NCBI GenBank assembly: GCA_002269645.1
Contig: NIVC01004378.1
Location: 1 to 48,037 of the forward strand
Length of the DNA stretch: 48,037 bases
Direction: 5' to 3'
Origin: Macrostomum lignano
Taxonomy: Eukaryota
In this document: positions 35,201 to 44,239 of the stretch, piece by piece
Layout of the letters: each line of letters begins with the position of its first letter
Position numbering within the stretch: position 1 is the stretch's first letter
Notes under the pieces: generated by a model
The model's database searches: none
Told to the model about the DNA's origin: nothing
The model's input: only the letters and a program-made list of their open reading frames with translations
Made by a program: the position numbers and the translations under genes

Positions 35201-35754
35201 CTGAAGTGTCACAAGGGGTAGCATCTGACCCTGAAGTGCCACAAGGGGTAGCGCCTGACCCTGAAGTGTCACAAGGGTAGCATCTGAGAAGTGCCACAAG
35301 CATCTGACCCTGAAGTGCCACAAGGGGTAGCGCCTGACCCTGAAGGGCTGCAAAGGTGGCAGCTTCAGTGTCCTCGGAAGATTTCATTGGAAAATACATT
35401 ATATTTTTTAAGAAAACAGAGCAGAAAAAGCAAAGCAGCGAACATCTCATAGCTAATCAGACAAAATACTGGCATCTTCAAAAAGCAAATCTTTGAAACA
35501 GCGCACCGCGAAGTCAAGCAGGCAAGACTTTTTCTAACTTTTCAACCCGTCCTTGTAGCGATCCGTGCACACGGAGCGCTCCGCCTCATCAAGATCTGAG
35601 TAAGCTAAGCTCAGCTTTCTTCTCTTTGTGCTTGGACGCAAAGATGACATAGTGCTCCAATTCTACAACCAGAGTCTAAGAATAATTTGCACTAAGTTCC
35701 CAGTGCGTTTGCTTAGTACTCGTACGTTCAATGGGACACAGACAGCTTCTTTTA
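32261..35754 (+). CDS. Tentative micro-exon gene fragment, product unrecognised
   Basis: Short AG/GT-bounded segments at 32261-32327, 33194-33241, 34697-34725, 34817-34831, 34907-34917, 35559-35599 and 35644-35754 join in one open frame. Several have strong sites (ctctctcag|..CAG|gtgaga; ttctaac..ttgtag|..|gtaagc). The chain was chosen by eye and may be overfitted. Confidence 0.35.
32340..33090. repeat. Minisatellite, 22 bp unit
   Basis: Unit TTGTTGGATTGTTGAGTTTGGC. Confidence 0.93.
33800..34600. repeat. Minisatellite, 21 bp unit
   Basis: Unit GACAGCTGAGACTCTAATATT. Confidence 0.95.
34918..35345. repeat. Minisatellite, 30 bp unit
   Basis: Unit GCATCTGACCCTGAAGTGCCACAAGGGGTA. Confidence 0.93.
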
Positions 35755-35828
35755 GTAAGGACTCTTTTTCTAAGCCTGATAAACTTGGTTACAGAAGGCT
35801 TATACTTGTGGCCAGCTGCAATAAAACT

Positions 35829-37053
35829 ATGCCAGGGAAAGCACAGGGGAGAAGACAGGGAAGACACAGGGGAGATAACAGGAAAGGCACAGGAGATAAC
35901 TGGAAAGGCACAAGGAGAAGACAGGAAGGCACAGGGGAGAAGACAGGAAGGCACAGGGGAGAAGACAGGGAAGGCACAGGGGAGATTGAAGACAGGGAAG
36001 GCACAGGGGAGAAGACAGGGAAAGCACAGGGGAGAAGACAAGGAAAGCACAGGAGGGAAGACGGAAAGCACAGGGGAGAAGACAGAGATGGCACAGGGGA
36101 GATTGAAGACAGGGAAGGCACAGGGGAGAAGACAGGGAAAGCACAGGGGATATTGAAGACAGGGAAGGCACAGAGAAGACAGGGAAGGTGCACAGGGGAG
36201 AAGACAGGGAAGGCACAGGGGAGAAGACAAGGAAAGCACAGGAGGGAAGACGGAAAGCACAGAGGAGAAGACAGGGATGGCACAGGGGAGATTGAAGACA
36301 GGGAAGGCACAGGGGAGAAGACAGGGAAAGCACAGGGGATATTGAAGACAGGGAAGGCACAGGGGAGAAGACAGGGAAGGCACAGGGGAGAAGACAGGGA
36401 AAGCACAGGGGAGATCGAAGACAGGGAAGGCACAGAGAAGACAGGGAAGGTGCACAGGGGAGAAGACAGGGAAGGCACAGGGGAGAAGACAAGGAAAGCA
36501 CAGGAGGGAAGACGGAAAGCACAGAGGAGAAGACAGGGATGGCACAGGGGAGATTGAAGACAGGGAAGGCACAGAGGAGAAGACAGGGAAAGCACAGGGG
36601 AGATTGAAGACAGGGAAAGCACAGGGGATATTGAAGACAGGGAAGGCACAGGGGAGAAGACAGGGAAAGCACAGGGGAGATTGAAGACAGGGAAGGCACA
36701 GAGAAGACAGGGAAGGTGCACAGGGGAGAAGACAGGGAAGGCACAGGGGAGATCGAAGACAGGGAAGGCACAGAGAAGACAGGGAAGGTGCACAGGGGAG
36801 AAGACAGGGAAGGCACAGGGAGAAGACAAGGAAAGCACAGGAGGGAAGACGGAAAGCACAGAGGAGAAGACAGGGATGGCACAGGGGAGATTGAAGACAG
36901 GGAAGGCACAGGGGAGAAGACAGGGAAAGCACAGGGGAGATTGAAGACAGGGAAAGCACAGGGGATATTGAAGACAGGGAAGGCACAGGGGAGAAGACAG
37001 GGAAAGCACAGGGGAGATTGAAGACAGGGAAGGCACAGAGAAGACAGGGAAGG
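35829..37053. repeat. Purine-rich satellite (unit about 22-24 bp), left part; interrupted by Copia
   Basis: Unit GGGAGAAGACAGGGAAGGCACAG with higher-order variants. Confidence 0.95.
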
Positions 37054-37311
37054 TGTTAAAGATGCTATAAGTAATCGTTTATCTTAAAATAGTCAACTTT
37101 ATATTTATAGTAAGTGAATCCAAGTTTTCCTTCTAGAATTTTCTATAACAGACTTCTTAATTATATCTATGGTTTTCGACTCCCTTACCTGTACCACTAA
37201 GTTTTGTTTGAGCTACGCCAGTGCTAAATTCCATGTTAACCCTTTTTTTGCTATCTTTCTCAAAACTCAATAAACGCCGATTCATTATAACTTAACAAGG
37301 CTTTCTTAATA
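37054..37311 (+). repeat. Copia 5' LTR
   Basis: TGTTAAAG...TTCTTAATA; differs from the 3' LTR at 5 positions counted by eye. Confidence 0.95.
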
Positions 37312-37465
37312 GGTTATGGGCCCAGCACGCTTCCACTGCGATCTACTGCAGTGTGAACAATAAAGCTGCTTCAGTGGCAGTGCGTCAGTCGGCGTGATTG
37401 TCAGGCTCTACCGTCTCTTAGAAAGTTCAAGCTCAGCAGTCCAGTTGTGCTGGTGGATCGACACG

Positions 37466-40400
37466 ATGTCTTTCGATGCCAAACTACTGGTTGAGAAGTT
37501 GGATAGTTCCAACTACACTGTCTGGAAGTTCAAGATGAAGAACGTCCTGATGGAGCGAGAACTTTGGGAAGTTGTTGATGGTACAGAGACACTTGCTGAG
37601 GACGCGACCAACGAGGTCAAAGTTCAGTTCAAGCGGCGTGCGAACAAAGCCCTAGCGACTATCGTATTGGCTGTTGCGGATAGTCAAATTCATCTAATTG
37701 AGGATGCAGAAACTCCGAAGGAAGCGTGGGATAAGCTTCAAGCATATTTCGAGCGGAGTTCGCTGGCAAATAAATTGTTTCTTAATCGGAAACTACAAGC
37801 GCTCAAGATGGTGGAAGGTGCATCCATGCAGGAGCATGTTAATCAGTTCAAGGATATCGTCAAACGACTGTCGGCTATCGGGGCAGGTGTTCCCGAGGAC
37901 TATCAAGTCACGATTCTGCTAAACAGTTTGCCGAAGTCATATGACGGGTTGATTACTGCCCTGGAATCGCGAGCGGACGACTTGACGATGAATTTCGTAC
38001 TCGAGCGGCTTTTGCACGAGGAGTCAAAACGACTTGAACAGGAAAGCTGTGAACCTAGCAGCAATTCAAAGGCTCTGGTTGGATTCAAGAGGCAACAGCA
38101 CCAGAGTGTCAGACCAAAAGTATGTTTTTTCTGCAATAAGCCTGGTCACCTAAAGAAGCACTGTTACAAATTCAAGAATAGCCTCTCAGTGACAGGTGGA
38201 TCGAGCACAAATTCAAGACCACAGGATTTGAAGAAATCCAACAGAAGGCATCAGGCGAGGATTGCAGACGCCCCAGCAAATGACTTAAAGGACTTTTCAG
38301 CTTCAGATGAGGAAGATTCTGCATTTCCGGCGTTGTCTATGGGCACATCATCGACAGCTAACGAGTCTAGTACATGGATTGTGGACTCAGGCGCAACGAA
38401 TCACATGACTAATGATCGGACAAGTTTTGAGGAATTTGAAGATTTTTCGGTACTGGAGAACATTTCGCTAGCAGATGGACATAAGCTCGAAGCCACTGGA
38501 AAGGGAACCGTTCGGTTGTATATCAATACTGGTTCTGGTAAGAAATTGTGCGAGCTGAGCAACGTTCTATATGTACCACTTATGGAACAGAATTTGTTCT
38601 CAGTATCAGCAGTTACAAGAAAAGGCTTCCGTGTACAATTCAGCGACGACAAGTGTCAGATTTTGAGCGCAACTGGTAAGATTGTTGGAGAAGCTTTGAA
38701 AGTTGGCAGACTGTACAAATTGAAAGGCTTTAACCTAACTAACGAGACTGCATCTGTCGCGAGAAACAACAGCATCGACCTATGGCATCAGCGCTATGGA
38801 CACCTAGGTGAGCAAGACCTGAAATCTCTAATTAATGGAAAGCAAGTGGACGGAATTGAGCTTAGCAAGGATGACGTAAAAACTGAAGGCATCAGTTTCT
38901 GCACAGCATGTGTGGAAGGAAAGCAACATCGAACGCCATTTGCAAAGGGTGAAGCGTCAAGGTCAACTGAACTATTGAGTCTAATTCACAGTGACGTGTG
39001 CGGTCCCATGAAAACTACGTCAATTGGAGGATCAAAGTATTTTGTCACATTTATTGACGACTATTCACGCTATTGCTCAGTTTACTTCATTAAAAGTAAG
39101 TCAGAAGTCTTAGAAAAATTCAAGATCTTTCAGGCTCTCGTCACGAATCAAACAGACAAGTCTATCAAGATTCTTCGGACTGACAATGGTGGAGAGTATA
39201 CATCGGGAGAATTTGAGGCATTCTGTGCCCGAAACGGAATCATTCACCAGACTACAGTCCCACACTCTCCTGAACAGAACGGAGTAGCCGAGAGAATGAA
39301 CCGAACCTTGGTGGAGGCAGCACGAACAATGATTGCACATGCTCATATTGGCAAGGAATTCTGGGCAGAAGCAATCTCTACGGCAGCATATCTGCGTAAT
39401 CGATCAATAACGAGTGCAGTCAACAAAGCGACACCATATCAAATTTGGACCGGCAGCAAGCCGAGTGTTCAGCATTTGCGAATATTTGGATGCGTTGCCT
39501 ACGCGCATGTCCCAGCTGAGAAACGTCACAAGTTTGACTCAAAAGCTCGGGAAGTCAGATTTATTGGATACTCGGAAACCTCAAAAGGATATCGTTGTTT
39601 TGATTTCCAAACACGATCAGTTTTCGTCAGTCGCGATGTAACGTTCCAAGAGTCGTGCTTCGTGAAGCAATTAGTGGAGAAGCAGGAGACACTTCAACTG
39701 AATGCAGGTACCGAACCAGCATCGTCTGATTTCAAATGTGTTCCTGAAACTGTCGACAAGCAAGAAGTTCGGAGATCAACTCGAGAGAAGAAGCCCGTTG
39801 ACAGGTACGTGGCATCCGTCGCAACACAAATTGACGAACCGAAAACTCTACAGCAAGCATTGGACAGCTCATTCTCTAAAGACTGGCAAGAGGCTGCGAA
39901 CGCAGAGTACGAGTCACTGATGGAGAACAGGACATGGAAACTGGTTGAGCTACCAAAAGGACGTCAAACTATTGGCTGTAAGTGGGTATTTCGTGTCAAG
40001 TATAAGGCAGACAACTCAGTAGACAGATTCAAAGCAAGATTGGTAGTCAAAGGATACTCTCAAGAGTATGGAGTAGATTATGAGGAGACGTATGCACCAG
40101 TAGCTCGATTTACATCAATTAGAACTCTACTGGCTGTTGGAGTTCAACGAGATTGGAAAATTCACCAGATGGATGTCGTAACAGCATTTTTAAATGGCAA
40201 ACTAGACGAAGAAATTTACATGGAACAACCGGAAGGATTTGTGGTTCAAGGCAAGGAAACACTAGTATGCAAACTAGAAAGAAGTCTATATGGACTCAAG
40301 CAGGCTCCTAGATGTTGGAATCAAACTCTGCATGATGAACTTTTAAGTCTTGACCTAGTGCAGGCAAAGTCAGAACCGTGTATCTATGCTAACTCTCAAT

Positions 40401-41358
40401 CTGCGATCGGTGTGTATGTGGACGACATTCTATTAACAGCATCTGACGACTATATGCCCGTGCTGAAGCAAGAACTGCAATCTAAATTTAAGATGAAGGA
40501 TCTAGGTGAATTTCACTATTTTCTTGGAATTCAAGCTACCTGGAAGAATGGTTCATTGTTTCTAAACCAAGAGCGGTATCTAAATACCATCCTTTCTAAA
40601 TTCAACATGATGGACTGCAAACCGGTATCAACACCAATGGACGCAAGTGTCAAGTTCTACACTACACAGACCTGTGATGCTAAGGTGGACAAGACTATGT
40701 ATCAGGCGGCAGTAGGAAGTCTAAACTACGCAGCACTAGCTACACGACCAGATGTGTCATCTGCAGTGGGAGTTCTCGCGCGATATTGCTCAGACCCAAC
40801 TGAACAGCATTGGAGTGGCGTGAAGCGTGTCCTGAGATACTAAAGGGAACCATTTCATCAGGATTGGTTTTTCAGAAGGACTCGCGTGCAATCGATCTAA
40901 TTGGATATTCCGATGCAGACTGGGCTGGAGATCACAATGACCGACGTTCTACAACCGGATACATCTTCAAGTTGGCTGAATGTCCGATTAGCTGGAGTAG
41001 CAAGAAGCAACAAACTGTAGCTTTATCGACGACGGAGGCCGAGTACATGGCACTCTCAGCTGCTACCCAAGAAGCCACATGGTTACAACAGTTACTACTA
41101 GATCTTCGCGTAGAAAGTCTCAAATACGTTACTATCCTAGAAGACAATCAAGGCTGTATTGCTCTAGCTAGGAATCCTGTCTTCCACAGTCGTTCTAAGC
41201 ACATTGATATCCGTCACCATTTCGTGCGTGAGAAGTTGGTCGGCGGAACTTTAAAGCTAATTTACTGTCCGTCAGAGGAGATGATCGCTGACATTCTTAC
41301 TAAAGCACTGTCTAATGCTAAGTTTCAAGTGCTCAAGGAACTGATTCCTGTTCGTTAA
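37466..41358 (+). CDS. Copia gag-pol polyprotein with one 1-bp frameshift near 40840
   Basis: Zinc knuckle CFFCNKPGHLKKHC; protease WIVDSGATNHM; integrase HHCC plus SDVCGP/TDNGGEY/NGVAERMNRTL; RT YVDDILL; RNase H GYSDADWAG. The expected RVLRYLKGT is broken as AGA TAC TA AAG GGA. Confidence 0.93.
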
Positions 41359-41457
41359 TATAACTGCTAACTCTTTATCTAACTTTGATATTCAAGACAC
41401 AATATGAACTGTTTGTACCAGTATGCACTAGTTTTTAAGCTAAACATTAAGTGGGAG

Positions 41458-41715
41458 TGTTAAAGATGTTATAAGTAATCGTTTATCTTAAAATAGTCAA
41501 CTTTATATTTATAGTAAGTGAATCCAAGTTTTCCTTCTAGAATTTTCTATAACAGACTGCTTAATTATATCTATGGTTTTCGACTCCCTTACCTGTACCA
41601 CTAAGTTTTGTTTGAGCTACGCCAGTGCTAAATTCCATGTTAACCCTTCTTTTGCTATCTTTCTCAAAACTCAATAAACGCCGATTCATTATAATTTAAT
41701 AAGGCTTTCTTAATA
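41458..41715 (+). repeat. Copia 3' LTR
   Basis: Follows the PPT, is followed by TSD GAAGG, and contains AATAAA. Confidence 0.95.
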
Positions 41716-42179
41716 GAAGGTGCACAGGGGAGAAGACAGGGAAGGCACAGGGGAGAAGACAAGGAAAGCACAGGAGGGAAGACGGAAAGCACAGAGGAGA
41801 AGACAGGGAAGGCACAGGGGAGAAGACAGGGAAAGCACAGGGGATATTGAAGACAGGGAAGGCACAGGGGAGAAGACAGGGAAAGCACAGGGGAGATTGA
41901 AGACAGGGAAGGCACAGGGGAGAAGACAGGGAAAGCACAGGGGATATTGAAGACAGGGAAGGCACAGGGGAGAAGACAGGGAAGGCACAGGGGATATTGA
42001 AGACAGGGAAAGCACAGAGGAGAAGAGAGGAAAAGCACAAGGGAGAAGACAGGGAAGACACAGGGGAGAAGACAGGGAAAGCACAGGGGAGATTGAAGAC
42101 AGGGAAGGCACAGAGAAGACAGGGAAGGTGCACAGTGGAGAAGACAGGAAAGGTACAGGGGAGAAGACAGGGAAGGCAC
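41716..42179. repeat. Same purine-rich satellite, right part; ends at the LINE 5' junction
   Basis: The array resumes exactly after the TSD (GAAGG|TGCACAGGGG). Confidence 0.95.
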
Positions 42180-42696
42180 GCACGCGAAGGCGTATTCAGC
42201 ATGCCAGTGAAGTATGAGACAGACTAGGCCCATGGGCTAAGGTCTGCGATGCTTCACGCCTGCCCCTATCTTCAGCAGGTCAAGGCTGGTGGGAGGTCTG
42301 CACCCTCTATTTGCCTCTGGCAGCCGCAGACCCCCCCCACGCTGTCTCGCAAGTCGACCCAGGGTACTCGTCCCCGCGTGTGTTCAAGGCAGTCCCTAGG
42401 GCTGCTGGACAGACTGGGCTCCGGCGCTGGCGACCCTATCCAGTGGCTTCGGCCGAATTTGGGTATGCGGGTCTGGCTCGCCAACCTGCAGGCCGTGGTA
42501 CTGCTCAACGTACTCTCTAATGCCTAAGGTGTTGACCGTGCCGATGGGCTGGAAGGCCGGGGAGTAGTCCGGTCGCAAGCGGTCCCCCTCCTGGTGTCGG
42601 GCCAGCCTTGAGGGTGCTATTGGCCTACTGCCCGGTCAGGTGGAGCGGCCGGGTGGGTACCGCGCCCCTTTGAGGGTAGCCCACCAACCTTTTATC

Positions 42697-44112
42697 ATGG
42701 CCTTCGAGCCGACTATGGATAAACAAGCTATTTCTAGGGATGGGGACCCTTCTAAACCCCAACCTCAGTCCGAAGGACCGGCCGGCCCTGCTGGCAGATC
42801 CCAACCGACTGATTCAACTGTGGCAAAGGAAGGACCGGCTGGCTCTGCTGGCAGATCCGACCAGAGCTACCAAACTCAAAATACCCTAAGACCTGCCAGC
42901 TCCGCTGGTGGATCTAAGGGAACCGCGAGCTCTGAGCCTAAAGGACCGGCCAAATCTGGCAGATCCGATGAAGCTCAGCGGGCTCGGCTTGAGCGCAAAC
43001 GCGCTAAACAACGCGCCAAAAGGCAGGCCAAGAAGGGAGCTGCGGGGGCCAAAGCGGCGGCGTCCACCATGGATGCTGAAGCGACTGGAGTCCCAAGGCA
43101 ACCAGGCGGGCCGGCCGGTGGAAGCTCCAGTAGTTCAGCGGCGGCGCTCCCTAGAGCTGCTGCCGCGGCTGCTGAGGCCGAAACCACGGCGCAACAAATG
43201 GCCACTGCCAACAAGGAGGTTCCTTCGGGAGCTACCTTTGCGGCGAAGGCCAAGGCCAAAATCCCGGGAGTGATCATCCAAGGTCGCGACCAGGACTGGA
43301 CCACTGATCAGCTTCAAAAAGTGTGGAGTGCTGTTGACTCCTATCTGATTGAGCTGACTGTCGAGGAGGGAATCTCCATCGGCGTTGAGCGGATGGTGCT
43401 GCGAAGCACATTCGTTCTTATTGCTCCTAGCAGCGAGGAGGACGCTCGGCGGCTGCTCCAGCGGCTACCGACGGTCTCCTTGGATGCTGACCTTGGCGGA
43501 GCTCTTTTTCTTCGCGAGGGCCAGCGTCCAAAGACGATACCCTATGTGGTTTTCGTCCCTGCTAAGAGCACCGCAGCTGGACCAGACGTTATTCGCCGGG
43601 TCCTACTGCGTCTGAACCCCGACCTCCCTGCTAGTGGACTGGTGTATCACCGTAAAGTCCGCAGGGGGGAGACGGGCAACTCAATTGTCCTCGGCCTTTC
43701 CAGCACTTGGGCGAGTCGGTACCCTAATGGATCCTCTTTCCAGCTGGGTGCCCTCAAGCTCAAGTTGCGCCGAGGAAAGTCTGCCAAAGGGAAGGCTACT
43801 GCCAACCCCGGCATCTCCGGCAAGAGCGGGGCGCAGTCTAAGGCCCAAGGAAAGGCGCAAGCCGATCCCAAAGCCAAAGCTGCATCTCGCCCCTCTGCTA
43901 GCAGCAGTTCGGCGACCGCGGTAACGGCTCCGGCCGAGCCCCGGGAACCAAACCTGCCAGTCGGAGAAGGAGTTGAGGACGAGGCCGGGTCTTCGGAATC
44001 CGAGCTCTCCTCGGCCACCTTGGTGGGGTCTGAAGGTAAAGATGCAGGTGAGGAAGCTTCCTCCATCCTGTCATCGGAGCCTGAGGAGTCTGCTGGGGGG
44101 CCGGTGGGGTGA
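42697..44112 (+). CDS. Non-LTR retrotransposon ORF1 (gag-like, basic and low-complexity)
   Basis: Long ORF directly upstream of ORF2, with a basic ERKRAKQRAKRQAKK stretch and a globular central part. No CX2CX4HX4C knuckle seen. First in-frame ATG is at 42697. Confidence 0.75.
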   Translation: MAFEPTMDKQAISRDGDPSKPQPQSEGPAGPAGRSQPTDSTVAKEGPAGSAGRSDQSYQTQNTLRPASSAGGSKGTASSEPKGPAKSGRSDEAQRARLERKRAKQRAKRQAKKGAAGAKAAASTMDAEATGVPRQPGGPAGGSSSSSAAALPRAAAAAAEAETTAQQMATANKEVPSGATFAAKAKAKIPGVIIQGRDQDWTTDQLQKVWSAVDSYLIELTVEEGISIGVERMVLRSTFVLIAPSSEEDARRLLQRLPTVSLDADLGGALFLREGQRPKTIPYVVFVPAKSTAAGPDVIRRVLLRLNPDLPASGLVYHRKVRRGETGNSIVLGLSSTWASRYPNGSSFQLGALKLKLRRGKSAKGKATANPGISGKSGAQSKAQGKAQADPKAKAASRPSASSSSATAVTAPAEPREPNLPVGEGVEDEAGSSESELSSATLVGSEGKDAGEEASSILSSEPEESAGGPVG

Positions 44113-44239
44113 GGAGGCCATGGACGTCGACCAACTCCCATCTCCCAGTCAAGCCCCAGCGGCCTGGGACGAGGACGATCTGTTGTCCAAGTCTCCTTGA
44201 TGGCCCTGGGCTCTAGCCAGATATTGCATTTAATACAGT

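Larger units (their letters stand above)
37054..41715 (+). mobile_element. Ty1/Copia LTR retrotransposon, full length
   Basis: 258-bp LTRs at 37054-37311 and 41458-41715; 5-bp TSD GAAGG at 37049-37053 and 41716-41720; PBS GGTTATGGGCCCAG at 37312-37325; PPT AAGTGGGAG at 41449-41457; domain order gag-PR-IN-RT-RH. Confidence 0.97.

Noticed and set aside
34838-35450. In-frame 10-aa repeat proteins (PEVPQGVAPD / ALQGQALPLV)
   Set aside because: A 30-bp unit keeps frames open automatically; the phase is broken by indels near 35275-35300, and there is no credible start context.
34790-35600. Alternative minus-strand mini-exons (DLDEAERSVCTDRYKDG; IYLYGVACTT)
   Set aside because: Their acceptors are largely the reverse complement of plus-strand GTAAGC donors and their own donors are weak. 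The plus-strand model is preferred, though neither is proven.
35628-37036. KTGKAQGRRQG and PCAFPVFS repeat ORFs on both strands (also 41664-42233)
   Set aside because: They derive from the purine-rich satellite, which is split by a Copia insertion.
40810-40843. Programmed ribosomal frameshift in Copia pol
   Set aside because: It falls inside the conserved RT/RNase H junction with no slippery heptamer; a 1-bp deletion or sequencing error is simpler.
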